DNA of 64,000 nucleotides from Octopus vulgaris (Eukaryota): positions 140,244,001 through 140,308,000 of the forward strand of contig OX597815.1 in the NCBI GenBank assembly GCA_951406725.2, given 5' to 3'. Position numbers and translations under genes: made by a program. Positions 39,506 through 53,680 of the stretch are shown piece by piece. Numbering within the stretch: the first letter of the stretch is position 1; every line of letters begins with the position of its first letter. The notes beneath the pieces were generated by a model, which was given only the letters and a program-made list of their open reading frames with translations, ran no database searches and was not told the DNA's origin.

Positions 39506-40286
39506 GTTCCAAAATTTGAAATACATATTTAATGCAACGGTATTGTTACAGGCTCTTCGAGAGGATTCGCGGAGGATGGGCGGTGCGTTTACTTCTGCCG
39601 TGTCACATAATTAAGCTGTTCATTTATAAATAAATTACTGGCTTTCTTATTCTATTCAGACAAATTTCTTTTCGTAGTCTGATTGATAACTGCTTGCATA
39701 GAATGTTCTTGTTTTAATTATAAAATATCATTTTAAACTAATAGATAAATGTTTCTAGATATAAATCTTTATTGCAGAGACATTTAAATTGTAAGTTTGT
39801 CGTGGGGATATTTTGACTGTATCGATAAAAAATGATTGTACAGTAAAATATTTATTGCAGAGATAACTGTTTAATGTTCCAAAAATTTGACCCAAAAATT
39901 CACTAGAATATATAAACCAACGGGTATAAACCAACAGGTGTTTGATAGACATACAAGAAGAGCAACAAAGTATATCCACTATCGCAACACACCATCGTAA
40001 AAAATATACTTATTGAGCAATGTATACGACAAAAACCACAATAATAAGAAATGGAATGTTAAGAAAACAAACAAAAAGTGTTCTAATGAAGAAAGTTGCT
40101 TGGGAAAGATGTCAGTTTCGTAATTGAGAGATGAGCAATTGATTAATGATTAGAGAGACTGAGTGCTTTTTGATTATATGCTCAAAATCGGTTCACAAAA
40201 TGGATGGTTTTAGAAAATTTAGAATATGTACTTGCTGATAAGCCAACACGGAAGTAGAGGCTAAGTATGTTCTTATGTACGCATCC

Positions 40287-40752
40287 ATGTATGTATGTAT
40301 GTATGTATGTATGTATGTATGTATGTATGTATGTATGTATGTATGTATGTATGTATGTATGTACGTACGTACGTATGTACGTATGTATGTATGTATGTAT
40401 GTATGTATGTATGTATGTATGTATGTATGTATGTATGTATGTATGTATGTATGTATGTATGTATGTATGTATGTATGTATGTATGTATGTATGTGTGTGT
40501 ACGTGTGTATGTGTGTATGTATGTGTGTGTGGGTATGTCTGTCTGTCTGTATGTATGTATGTGTGTGTACGTGTGTATGGGTGTACGTGTGTACGTGTGC
40601 ATGTATGTATATGTGTGTGTATATGTGTGTGTATGTATGTGTATGTATATATGTACATATGGAAGTATGTATATATGTTTGTTTGTATGTATGCATGTAT
40701 GTGTGTATGCAAGTATATAAATACATAATTACACACATACAAACGTGGGCCT

Positions 40753-40830
<78 letters not shown>
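40287..40830. repeat. (TATG)n/(TG)n/(TA)n compound microsatellite
   Basis: Seen directly. Similar tracts occur at 22800, 24850, 33300, 44640, 50175 and 61520. Confidence 0.95.
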
Positions 40831-40987
40831 TGTGTGTGTACTGTTGTGTCTGGGGAGAGTCATTCTCTTTTAGTGGCTTATAATTTAACACACTCACCAG
40901 TAAAGTTTCCACTCATTTCCTTTTTCTAAAATTATCGTTGCTGCATCTTGCAACCTTTTCAATAGTTGTTGACTGTCTATCTATCCG

Positions 40988-41088
<101 letters not shown>

Positions 41089-41117
41089 ATAAATATATAT
41101 AAATATATATATATATA

Positions 41118-41155
<38 letters not shown>

Positions 41156-41167
41156 CATACATATATA

Positions 41168-41586
41168 CTCTTTACTCTTTTACTTGTTTCAGTCATTTGA
41201 CTGCGGCCATGCTGGAGCACCGCCTTTAGTCGAGCAAATCGACTCCGGGACTTATTCTTTGTAAGCCCAGTACTTATTCTATCAATCTCTTTTGCCGAAC
41301 CGCTAGGTGACGGGGACGTAAACACACCAGCATCAGTTGTCAAGCAATGCTAGGGGGACAAACACAGACACACAAACATATACACACACACTTATATATA
41401 TATATATATATATACATATATACGACAGGCTTCTTTCAGTTTCCGTCTACCAAATCCACTCACAAGGCATTGGTCGGCCCGGGGCTATAGCAGAAGACAC
41501 TTGCCCAAGATGCCACGCAGTAGGACTGAACCCGGAAACATGTGGTTGGTTAGCAAGCTACTTACCACACAGCCACTCCTGCGCCT
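41168..41586 (-). mobile_element. Full-length SINE family B
   Basis: Reverse-complement head GGCGCAGGAGTGGCTGTGTGGTAAG through the tail AAGTAAAAGAGTAAAGAG; (TA)n on both sides. Confidence 0.88.
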
Positions 41587-41595
41587 ATATATACA

Positions 41596-41697
<102 letters not shown>

Positions 41698-42199
41698 GCA
41701 AAAAAATCCTTATTTATTCATTATTATAGCGCTTTCGCTCGTTTCTCGAACTCATCAAATCGAATTTTGCAAACGTATCGAACAGCTTGTTCATTTATAT
41801 AAAACATGTTTTGGGGGATTTTGTTTCCAAGAAAACATTGTTTTTGTTTTTGTATCTTTCAATCAACCTATCAACCTACCTATCTTTCTATCTATCTCCA
41901 TTGTCATGGAATTTCACCCCGACCCCACCACCTCAAAAAAGAAAATCCAATTGTTCTCTTCTAAACAAAACCCTCAAAAAACATCCGTTTTATAGGAATG
42001 AAAAGCCTGTTTGTGCATTCACAAAATTCTATTTGACAAGTTCGAAAACGAACGAAAGCACAAATAATAATGAATAAAATATTTTTTTCCAAAATTATAG
42101 CGACCTTTTTTCTCAATATTCAATATCTGTACACCACACCAAACACACACACGCACACTCTCTCTCTTTCTCCCCGCCTCTCTCTCTCTCTATATATAT

Positions 42200-42340
42200 G
42201 AGTAGATAGACATCCGTCGGTTAATAAAGGTGGTTCTTTATGTTAATTCTCCTGTATTCCATTTGTTTCTCTCGTTGTTTGCGCATTGAACTTATTTGCT
42301 TTCGTATTTCATGTTGTTTACTGTGGTTGACGTCCTGTAC

Positions 42341-42343
<3 letters not shown>
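42200..42343 (+). mobile_element. 3' fragment of the same family as 15467-15805
   Basis: Internal homology as described for 15467-15805; ends GTACCCA followed by (TA)n. Confidence 0.6.
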
Positions 42344-42416
<73 letters not shown>

Positions 42417-42800
42417 ATAGAGAGAGAAAGAATAAAATAAGCTATATATATATACATACTTACATAATACATACATATACACACACACGTATATATACAC
42501 ACTCATACACACACACACACACGCACATGCAAAGAAGTTCATAGACACAGACAAACAGGAAAAAGTAAGTTGAGATAGATTGAATAACGGCAGCAAGTAT
42601 ATTTCCCGGTGTAGAAATCAACCTGCGTGCAGCAATATTAACCAAACTAGCTGTCAGCTGTTACTGGCAAAGAGACAAGTTCAACGGCTTATCATATTTC
42701 AACACCTAAAGACATTCACTTCCTATCTGATGCCCGTCTTTGGTAGAACAGTTTGCACTGATGAGAATCTTAGAATATACATGCCGCAATCTTATCGCTG

Positions 42801-42874
<74 letters not shown>

Positions 42875-43115
42875 TGAACATCAGATTTAAAAGATAAAAC
42901 ACACAGGCACACAAATACTCAACACAAATATGCATAATTTAATACACACATACACACAGGCACACACACACACACATACACGCACACACACGCACACACA
43001 CACACACATACACACATATATATATACTTATAATTTAATACATATGCATGCGTGTATATATGAATGTATGTATGTATATATGAATGTATGTCTGTATGCA
43101 TGGATGCATGTATGA

Positions 43116-43202
<87 letters not shown>

Positions 43203-44064
43203 ATCTATCTATGTGTTTGGCATTATTTTTAGGATCTCGCTTATGCGTAACGATGCTGATAACATGCTCTTAGGATCCATTTAAAAACTCCAAGGAAAAT
43301 GGTAAGTGACACCCAAGGACTCAGCTTTACATTGCTTCTGATAGCAGAAGCAACTGTATGCTACCAAAGTTACTTACGTAATTACTCTCCCCTTGTTATT
43401 CCATAACTTCCATATGAGTGTTTGTATGTGTGTGCGTGTATGCATGTATGTATGTATATATATATGTGTGTGTTTGTGCGTGTGCGTGTGTGTGTGTGCT
43501 TGTATGGGTATGTGTGTGTGTGTGTGTGTGTGTGTGTATACGTCATAAGAATTTATTAACTTTCGAGTAAAAAATATATTTTGGATATGTACCTGTGAAC
43601 CAATTCCGGACACGAAATATATCTCTTACATGAAATCCGTTATGTCTCTCTGTCTGTGTGTTTTCTCGGATCTCGGGCATCCTCCATCCAATTGCGCTCA
43701 AATTTGTTATGTAGATACCGACGGTACCAGGGCGTGTATAAGTCTTGAAAAAATTACAAATATCGATTCCAGGTGAGAATGTGATCGATAAAGCCGTTTC
43801 TGCCTTGCTTTTCTTCCGTCAACCTGTACATAACTGCACCTTCCGTTTTTTTGTTTTGTTTTGTACTGCTTAAAGGCACGTTTCTTTTCTGCCAAGCTTA
43901 CTGTTTAAAGCATGTTTGTGTTCTCCCAGTCAACAGCCTTATCATTACAGGCACTTTAAACTCTTCGGTTGCATATTTGTGTGAATAAAATCGTTTTTCT
44001 TTGGAATAGAAAAAAAGTCTATCTTTAATTCTTCTTTTGCCGGTGGCTTAAATTTAGGTTAAAC

Positions 44065-44123
44065 CAGTGTTTCTCAAAGGGAAGGCCTATGGGAGGTCGG
44101 ACAAGTTGTTTTGAGAAAATTTG
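44065..44123. mobile_element. Possible tiny hAT/Charlie-like MITE remnant
   Basis: CAGTGTTTCTCAAA ... TTTGAGAAAATTTG, flanked by GGTTAAAC and GTTTAAAT (6/8 match). Confidence 0.3.
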
Positions 44124-44183
44124 GTTTAAATGTTTGACAACCCAGAGCACTGTCCATTGGACGGGGAAGGGGGCGTTTTGCTC

Positions 44184-44230
<47 letters not shown>

Positions 44231-44231
<1 letters not shown>

Positions 44232-44340
44232 CGAAAGGATGAAAGGCTATGTCGACCTCGGCGTAATTTGAACTCAGAACGTAGCGGCAGGCGAAATACC
44301 ACAAACCATTTCGCCCGGCGTGCTAACGATTCTGCCAGAA
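44231..44340 (-). mobile_element. SINE family A, 5' half
   Basis: CCGAAAGGATGAAAGG...TTTGAACTCAGAACG...GTGCTAACGATTCTGCCAG. Confidence 0.75.
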
Positions 44341-44392
44341 TCCATTGCTACGCATGTTTCCACTATATATCTATGCATATATATGCATGCAT

Positions 44393-44434
<42 letters not shown>

Positions 44435-44640
44435 ACATTCTTTGTGTAAATTATACATGCATCTATCTATGTATGCTAATGTACACACACACATACGCAC
44501 ACACATGCAAACATATTAATGCACACATTTGTATATATGTATTTATATAACTCAAAATACAATAGGAATGAACCGAATAAGGTGAGACAATCACAGCCTC
44601 CGTGTCTTAAATATCAGAAAATTATATATTCATTATAATA

Positions 44641-44735
<95 letters not shown>

Positions 44736-44736
44736 A

Positions 44737-44871
<135 letters not shown>

Positions 44872-44914
44872 GTATATATATATATGTATATATATGTATA
44901 TATATATATGTATG

Positions 44915-44967
<53 letters not shown>

Positions 44968-46049
44968 ATACATATGATATCACGTGGCAATGATTGTTTC
45001 TGCAATTCTGGGTGGTTTTCTAAGATTCTAAAATTGAATATTGCGTTTCCTGAGTTGGGAAACATATGTGAAATATTTCTATTTTCCGTAGATCCTTATG
45101 TGCTTACGACAACGAAGTTCTAAACCACATGTGTAAGATACATAGTGAAACATTCCAGCGTGTAATATTGTTATTACAAAGTATATTCACCTGTAAGACA
45201 ATTACTTACTTGGAGCTTTACACATATAATCTAGTATATGGAATCTAGATAAATTCAGTTTGCATAAAACAGTTGTAGTAGAAGTTGAACTTTGCATCAC
45301 ATTTCAAAATACAACTGGAAGATATGCATCTTCTGTGATGTTTCTTTCAAGCTCTTCTTCACACATCGTTGTTTATTATTTCACACTATAGTTATGTAAA
45401 CTGTAATTTCGACATTATTCGTCTTCACGAAATTTCATATATATTATTTCAGAAACATGAAAATGTCAGGGTGTTTTGCGTCAGAATAGATAAATATATT
45501 ATTTGTTCTGAGCGTGAAGATTGAATTGATGTATATCTGACTTATTTTATGACGTTTGCTCGGTGAAAAACTCACATCGATGACTAAGCATACATTGACG
45601 TATTTACGAATATTTTTGCTTCTAATGTTTGACTAACCGGCGATGTGCAACTTGAAGCCTCGGGTTCTAACCACCATTGCAGTAGCAATAACAACAAAGC
45701 AACAAGAATAAGAGTATATATAACAGAAAGAATCAATTCCATATTACTATAAATTTTGTGGGTGTAAAGAATATCAGATGTTCGAAAACAGAGTGGGGGA
45801 GAGCTTAATAGTAATTTAAAAGAAATAAGAAATGGCTTCTATACATTTAGACTTTCTTTGTCAGTTTCGCTCACGTGGTTGTTTTAGGTATTAAAGCGAG
45901 TTATTTTTTACTTTTCGGTCGACGTTGAGCAGAGAGGACGCCATTAGGACTTTGTGGGTCTTTTTAAGATGATATATGTTGTGACAATTTTTATCCGCGG
46001 GGTATAATCGATACAGTGGTGTCATTTTACAAATAAGTCTGCGTGACCG

Positions 46050-46760
46050 TCATGTGAAGACTGCGGTCTCTACAGGCGCGTGGAATTTGCACAGCCTGAT
46101 ATTTCGTCTGGACCAGCCTGACCAAGGCTTGCAATGGAATTTCTTCTGCACATCCTATTGTTTGGATCTCTATAAGGATGGTTGTCTAGCAATGGATACT
46201 TCCGAGAAGCTTGTAAACATCTTCAAAGTATTCGGCCTAACTATAACTGTTATCATCATCTTAAGCAACGTATTCTTAGATATAACCTTAAAGCTGGAGA
46301 GAGGCAAGTACTGTCTTTACAGAAATTGTAAAGAGGAAACTGATTATTTCTCAGGAACTCCAACTAGCTCCAGCTGTAATTAGAAACCTAGTCTCATTAA
46401 GCAACAGAATCCTTAGCCTTTCGGCAGGCAGATAGATTTTCATTCCCCTATAATGCGAGAACAGTGTTGAGGGTTATTAGCGATAAATTAATATAGACTA
46501 AGTTAGTATATATACTAAGTTAATAAGGTGTTGGGTAGCGTCACCAACTAACTGCACACCCCCACACTTAGATGGTTAGAAAGAGAAAAGTAATCCATTC
46601 AATCTAGAAATTTCCACTTATATAGCTCAGAAATTCCTGGCGTTAATTAAAAAGTATTTTCCAAGGATACACTCATATCATAAACTGTTTAATTCTCATA
46701 GCGTCATGATTAGCGACTCATGCTCAGATAACACCGCTTCCAATATTGCACACAGTAACA
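46050..46760 (+). pseudogene. Highly decayed Penelope-like (Naiad-like) RT remnant
   Basis: DLYKDGCLA...KLVNIFKVFGLTITV...VFLDITLKLERGKYCLYR resembles GLYRDDGL...IFK..GL.IT...FLDVTL; KLFNSHSVMISDSC resembles KIFNRNTVKISYSC. Confidence 0.6.
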
Positions 46761-47169
46761 GGCGTAAATACCCACCGACTACAAGTTTAAATACCTGCAA
46801 TACTAGAATCATACACCCATCAAACAAGTCTATTAAGCCTGTTAACATAGATAAGTATCAGAAAACATAGATTCCACTATTTCCAAAGGTTTACATAACG
46901 CAGACCTCTTTGGAATAATACAAAATCCGTATTAGAGTACTGCAATACTTGTCCTGCATAAAATAAACTGCTCTTTCTTCGGATGCGATACATAAAATTA
47001 TGACTTTAATCACTGACGCTTTACCTACAGTCCCCTGTTAACATCCAGCTCACAAGCATCAAAACCACAGATATTGATATAATTTTACTTGATAGTAAAT
47101 ATACTGTGCACAAACGATATTAGTCTAGGTTCAACTGCCCTAGCCGATCTCAGACATAAGGAGTTCAAA

Positions 47170-47355
47170 TTTTCGCACGAGACCAGAAAATTCGGTGGAG
47201 GGGATAAGTCGATTACATCGACCCTAGGGTTCAACTGGTAGTTATTTTATCGACTCTGAAAGGATAAAAGACAAAGTTGATCCCAGCGGAATTTGAACTC
47301 AGAACGTAAAGACGGACGAAATGCCCGACGTGCTGATGATGATTCTGCATCTCGT
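47170..47355 (-). mobile_element. SINE family A, diverged
   Basis: GTCGATTACATCGACCC...GAAAGGATAAAAG...GGAATTTGAACTCAGAACG. Confidence 0.75.
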
Positions 47356-48145
47356 CATATAACTGCATAAAATGTATGCGATCTCAAAATTATTGTCGGC
47401 CTATACATTCTTCAACGAATTACTGACAGAACGAGTACGAATCTCCATAATCTTTTCAAAATTTTTTGTTCCCCAATTACAGTTACAGCCCATGTAATAT
47501 TACATTATCAAGACGGAATACATTTTCAACACGAAATTTATTATCTTCAACTAGAACAATACATTTCCATTTACAGCAACTACTTTTTAACTATTGTGCC
47601 TTCCTTAAATTATAATATAGCATATAATATTAACAATAGTATCCGATAAACCTAGACCTAGGGTTCTATTAGATTTACTCATTTATATTAAATTTATTTA
47701 ATTGTTTTAAACTAAGACTTAATTATTGTTCTGCATTTATTATTTCTATTCAATTACTGAATTTACAATCTATAAATTCCTATTAAAACATTAATTTATT
47801 AAGCCTCATTAAATATATATTAATTTAGTTCATTATATTACACTTTGTTTTTCACCATCTCTAATCGAAATGTTTACATGTTCTCATACCTAATAATTAT
47901 TCCTATCTTGTGCACCTTATTTCAACTTACAGCATATTTTTAAAATTTCTACTTTAACAACCTTATTACTGTTTTATTTCTATCTACTTTATTGCTACCT
48001 TCTAATAATTTGTATAACGATGTATTCATTTTCACATGCTTTGTTTTAATTTAATATTGTTTCCTTTGTGATTAAATAATACTTTTGTTTCAATGTACAA
48101 CATACTGTTTTTAATAATAATTTGCAGTTTACACACACGCAGAAA

Positions 48146-48233
48146 CATATACACGCGTATACGAACACACCCATATACACGCGTATACGAACAGACACAT
48201 ATACACGCGTATACGAACAGACACATATACACG
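48146..48233. repeat. 26-bp tandem repeat, about 3.4 copies
   Basis: Unit CATATACACGCGTATACGAACAGACA. Confidence 0.85.
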
Positions 48234-48863
48234 TACGCATGCAGATATTATTGATTTAGCGCAATTTTGCAAAACACAATCTTATTCGATATATGTTTTG
48301 CAGTTAATTCTTTTCAATAATGATATTAATTATAACGAAAAATTCTTTAGATTTTTGTATTTACCTTCATAATACAGTGAATATTTACAACTTTATAGTA
48401 TTTTTTAACCAAATTTAAAACTCAAAAATTTATTCTTCCTACGTTTATTCTTTCGAACATCTAAGCTTTCTTTAAACTATTGTTTGTGTGTCTATATGTT
48501 TTTCTTCTAAATTCACCGCCTTCCATTGCTATTAATTTGATTTTACTTCAAACATTATTTACCAGAACAAAATATTTTTATTGTTAGTTTATATTTGCTT
48601 CAATAAGAATTTTAACAAGACTCATATGTTCGAGGCTTTTCTCCTTATATAGAATTAATAACTGCAATCATGGGAAGTCTTCCTTTTTTTTAGTCGCAGT
48701 TGGGTCAAGGTTTGTAATAGTGTTACTGGATGACAAAATACAACGCTTTGGCTGACAAATTAATGATGCAAACGATGATTAACGAAGTTATGAATAATAT
48801 GATAGATAGAAAGACAGATTGGCTGCTTAACTGACAACCATAATTTTCAATAGCTGAGCAGTT

Positions 48864-48909
<46 letters not shown>

Positions 48910-49063
48910 CGCAGGCGTGTGGCTGTGTGGTAAGAAGCTTGCTTCCGAAACACATGGTTCCAGGTATAGTCCCACGGCGTGGCACCTTGGGCAAGTGTCT
49001 TCTACTCGAGCCGACCAAAGCCTTGTGAGTGGATTTGGTAGACGGAAACTGGATGAAGCTCGT

Positions 49064-49102
<39 letters not shown>

Positions 49103-49634
49103 GCACATACGCACGCACACACGCACACGAATGCACACACCCAAAACTCACAACCCCACGGATACACTTATATACACCTATATTCGCTTACACACACACA
49201 TACGAACACACACGTACACGCACATACACACGCACACAAATGAACCCACACATACGTCCCATACACACGGCACACAATTATACATATATGTATACACACA
49301 TACGCACGTACAAGCACACACGCACACATACTTCAAAGTAGCAGTACTGACCTGTGGTAGAGACAAAAGGCACCACTCCTTCTTCGACATTCACACTACT
49401 AGCCCTACAAACACGCTTTGTTCAACAACCATAACCACACACACATACACACACACAGGCACACACACACGTGTCATCATTGCACACATACACACATACA
49501 CACACACGCACACGCAGACCTCCACGCACGCACATATCCACATTTACACATACATTCCCCTGACTTTGACAGAACTACTCTTCTGTCTTTGAAAATAACT
49601 TTCTTCACCCTTTTCTTTCCGGTCTTTCAAAATG

Positions 49635-49827
49635 TGACCTCGTGTGTACCGTTGGCGATTTTTTTTCCTCTGTCTTCCCTTCTCTGGATCTTTCCTTCTC
49701 CTATGTTTCCGACGAAGAGCTCCGCTCGAAACGTTAAACCCTCCTTCTCTCCTTCTTTCCAATAATACTATATTTGTTCCACATCCTCGCGTTGTTGTGT
49801 TTTTTTTGTGCTTTCTTGTTTGGACTA

Positions 49828-49832
<5 letters not shown>
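49635..49832 (+). mobile_element. Penelope-like terminal repeat (same family as 54893-55095)
   Basis: GTGACC..GTGTGTACCGTTG...TTCCCT..TGGATCTTTCCT...GAGCTCCGCTCGAAACGTTAAA...TTTGGA followed by (TA)n. Confidence 0.75.
49705..49739 (+). ncRNA. Hammerhead motif with a U4C change
   Basis: GTTT|CCGACGA|A-GAGC-TCC-GCTC|GAAA|CG|TT|AAAC. Confidence 0.55.
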
Positions 49833-49887
<55 letters not shown>

Positions 49888-50460
49888 ATATATCTGTGTG
49901 TGTATGTGTGTGTGTGTGTGTCCGTGTCTGTCCCCCCTACCATAGCTTGACAACCGAATTGGTGTGTTAACGTACGTCCCCGAAACTTAGCGATTCGGCA
50001 AAAGAGACTGATAAAATAAGTACTAGGCTTACGAAGAATAAGTCCTAAGGTCGATTTCTTCGATTAAGGGCCGCAGTCAAATCACTGAAACAAGTTAAAG
50101 AGTGTGCAAGAATATATATATTATCTTTTATCGTTTATTTGTTTCAGTCATTAGATTGCGGCCATATTGGTGCATACATACATACATACATACATACATA
50201 CATACATACATACATACATACATAAATACGTACGTACATACATACATCCATACATCCATACATATACATACATATACATACATACATACATACATACATA
50301 CATACATACATCCATACATACATACATATACATACATACATACATACATATATATAGATGACAGTTAAATATACCTCGTATAAAATACACATAGTAGGGC
50401 ACAAGATATTTAAACTTGAGCTAGTAAAATGTGGAGATAAGCAAGTTTGACAGATCAGTG

Positions 50461-50558
<98 letters not shown>

Positions 50559-50559
<1 letters not shown>

Positions 50560-51272
50560 GGCACCGCGAGTGTCGCGTTGCTCTCAAGCAACTCTGCCGT
50601 CCTGGGTCGACCTTAAGTGACTTCAACACAACCAAAGCATTCTATAGGGGTTTAGTGGAGGGGAGGTACGACGACGAGCTCGGGGCGAACCTGGACGTCG
50701 ACGAGGAGTACCTGACCCGCCTGTTCAGGACGACTTTCGGGCCAGGGCCCATGGACAACTTCCAGAGATCCCTGGCCTGGCAGTGCTACCGAGAAGCGCT
50801 ACCCGTTCGGGATAAGCTCTACAGACACGGCTCGAGAAACACGGGGCCGACCTGCCCGAGATGCGGTCAGAGCGACGAAACCGTTCTGCACGCACTCGTT
50901 CAGTGTCCAACAATTTCCGACCTGTGGGCTTATGTCGAACAACTGCTGTCACGTGTGGGACGAGTCGGTTTATCAGCTGAGTCTATCGTCAATATTGTCA
51001 CGCCTCCTTCCTTCAAACGGGAAGGAAGAGCTATTTTCATCATCCTTGTGGCTATGGCGAAAGAATGTATCTGGTGGACGCGTCTGAAAGGATTGGAGAC
51101 AAACACTTTCCTCTCTGGTCAATCTCTCATCAACTTCTTCAAGTACCACTTGAAAAGGAAAGTGAGAGTAGAGAGGCAAGTTTTGTCTAGCGAATGTTTT
51201 AAAAAAAGATGGGTGAATGTAGCAAGAATGGCACGTATGAATGACGAAGCCACCTTGAGCATAGTCCTATGA
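50559..51272 (+). CDS. C-terminal fragment of LINE ORF2 (zf-RVT-like zinc knuckle); includes ORF 50655-51272
   Basis: WQCYREALPVRDKL...CPRCGQSDETVLHALVQC. The frame stays open upstream to the truncation point (WHRECRVALKQL...). Confidence 0.8.
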
Positions 51273-51635
51273 ACCCAGAAATCGAAAACAGAGAGTTGCT
51301 TATTTGCAAAAAAAAAAAAAAGAAATATAAAATGTGACATCATTGACCGAGGTTACCGTGGTCTTTTCCGTAGGCTTTTCTTTGCACGGGTAAACCTCAC
51401 CTGTCCTCCCCTTTACACTTCATATTGACATTTCTGTGATAATTTTCCCTATTGATCAATTCCCCCCCCCCCTTTTTTTTGTCCTCTTTCTCTCCTTTTA
51501 CGATCCCTTTTGATCGAAACTCCCCCTTCCTTTTTTTTTTTCTTTTTTTTTTTCTTTCTTAAACCTTCAAAAGAAAAGCTCTACCTTGTAATTTGTTCTA
51601 TCTGTGTGCAGCCCTGTGTGGCTAATAAAGAAACA

Positions 51636-51636
<1 letters not shown>
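50559..51636 (+). mobile_element. 5'-truncated Tx1/L1-clade LINE 3' end inserted in (TATC)n
   Basis: Open frame with a CCHC knuckle, a pyrimidine-rich 3'UTR, AATAAA at the end, and (TATC)n on both sides. Confidence 0.85.
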
Positions 51637-51717
<81 letters not shown>

Positions 51718-51762
51718 CCTATCTACCTACCTACCTACCTACCTACCTACCTACCTACCTAC

Positions 51763-51812
<50 letters not shown>

Positions 51813-52894
51813 GTCTGTCTGTCTTTTTTGTCTATAAATCTTCCTTCTCTCTCAATATAGCGTTCTCTCTCTATATATATATGCATATATACATATACAT
51901 AAACAAATATTTACACAAACTTTTACACAAACTTTTACACACACACAAACACACACATACACACACACACACACAGACACACACATATATATATATACAT
52001 TCACATATATTTTTTTAATCTGCCATTTCTTACATTTTTAGCTAAGTTTTTTTTAGTTAGCAATTAAATTGTAGAAAGAATGTTTCAATCAATTGTAGAA
52101 TCTATCGAGAGACAGGCTACTTAATTGACTGACACGATGCGTAATTGTCAATGAATATTTTACACAAGGTATAAACAACACGAACAAGAAATCTACAACA
52201 TTAAACATTCACAATTATATCTCCAATTGCTACAAGGTCACCGACAAAAAAAGAACAAAAAATTTTAAATGAAACACATTTACTGTATGGAGTTTTCTAT
52301 AAAATGAAAATTAAAGAAAGGAAAAATAATATTTTAGTTTCCGAATTATCTCGTAAACAATTGATGCTAAAATGTTAATTTGAAAATATAAGAAAATTGG
52401 TAAAGAAATATAGTGGTACATATCCACATTAATCTAATCAGACAACACAGGCCATTAAAATCCTGCCCGGGAAACTGTACTGTTCAATACTTCACTAATC
52501 TAATGTTATCGTCCACCTCGATGTAAACGCGCGGGATACAGCGTTGTCTCAAGACCTTGTCGGAAATAGTGTCCAAATCTCTCCGGTCTGTTTTTAAATG
52601 TGAAACATATAGTGGAGAAAGTAGTCCTAGATATATCATGTCAAAATAAGAGAGAACGCCACGTACGGAAATCTCTAATTCATACGTCTGCTCAGTCAGT
52701 GCGCACTTCGGCTTACCAACTTGCAACAGCAAGGAATACTTTCTCGTTCTTATAGCACTTTTCAATTGTGTTGGTGTCAGCTCTGTAACTCTGTCCACTG
52801 CGCTGCGTATTTTCTTATATAGGAATATTTCGAAACTTAAGATATGTATTTCATTTCCATAAGTGTGCAACTTTAACCGCGCAAAGAAAAGCAA

Positions 52895-53258
52895 TCTCTC
52901 TCTATATAAACGGCAAAATGTCTGTGTGTGTGTCCTTTATAAAAATCCACAATTTTTTAGTTAGAGGGCTCGCTTTTTCCATGGTCATTCAAAACCGTCC
53001 AAGGGTGGTCATGCACATCTTTACATTTCCCCAGTCACCCCGCAAAGCCATTAATAAATCAATAGAAGTGACTTTTTTGTGAGTTTTCTATCCAAAACCC
53101 AATCAAAATGCCCGAAACTTGATACGCCAATTGACTGCCAGCTAGCTGTATGTGATTGGTCGGAGATTTGGACAGTACTCGTGTGTATATGTGCACGCAC
53201 GCAGCTGTATATGCATGCACTAGCACTATGACCCGGCGTTGCCGGGTCATAGTGCTAG
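52895..53258 (+). mobile_element. Non-autonomous Helitron (364 bp)
   Basis: A|TCTCTCTCTATATAAA...TGTCTGTGTGTG 5' end; GC-rich hairpin then CTAG|T. Inserted between A and T with no TSD. Confidence 0.8.
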
Positions 53259-53680
53259 TTAGTTATACAACGGGTTTCGTTTCTGCAAAGGAAAAAAATA
53301 TGGGATCAGTCTGCTTAGCTTCACTTCCCATTACAGCTTGAAAGAAACAAGAAATGATACCCTCTTCTGTTTACAGCGAGATAAATTGCCTATAGCTTTT
53401 TATTGTGTATACAAACAAGTTTAGTTAAATTGTTCAATCAGATTTGCATTATAGGTAATTCACCGACAACGATGATACTGATTAATTCATGAATTTATAC
53501 TGCCCTACATAGCGTTTTTGTATGATGTGAAAAGCACAGCGTTCTTCCTTTCCAAATGTGCAATTTAAACCTCACTGTGAAGTATGAACAAAGTATTTAC
53601 CTCAAAGATTTTGGCCCATATTTTCTTTGCTTACGCAGAGATAGAACCTGTGGTGTAACCATTTTGTTAATTTACATAAT

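Larger units (their letters stand above)
48908..50102 (+). mobile_element. SINE family B split by an insertion of about 800 bp in its internal (TA)n
   Basis: Head at 48908-49065, tail at about 49915-50102. Confidence 0.8.

Noticed and set aside
43700-43900. Possible host exon in unique sequence
   Set aside because: Weak splice signals and no recognisable peptide.
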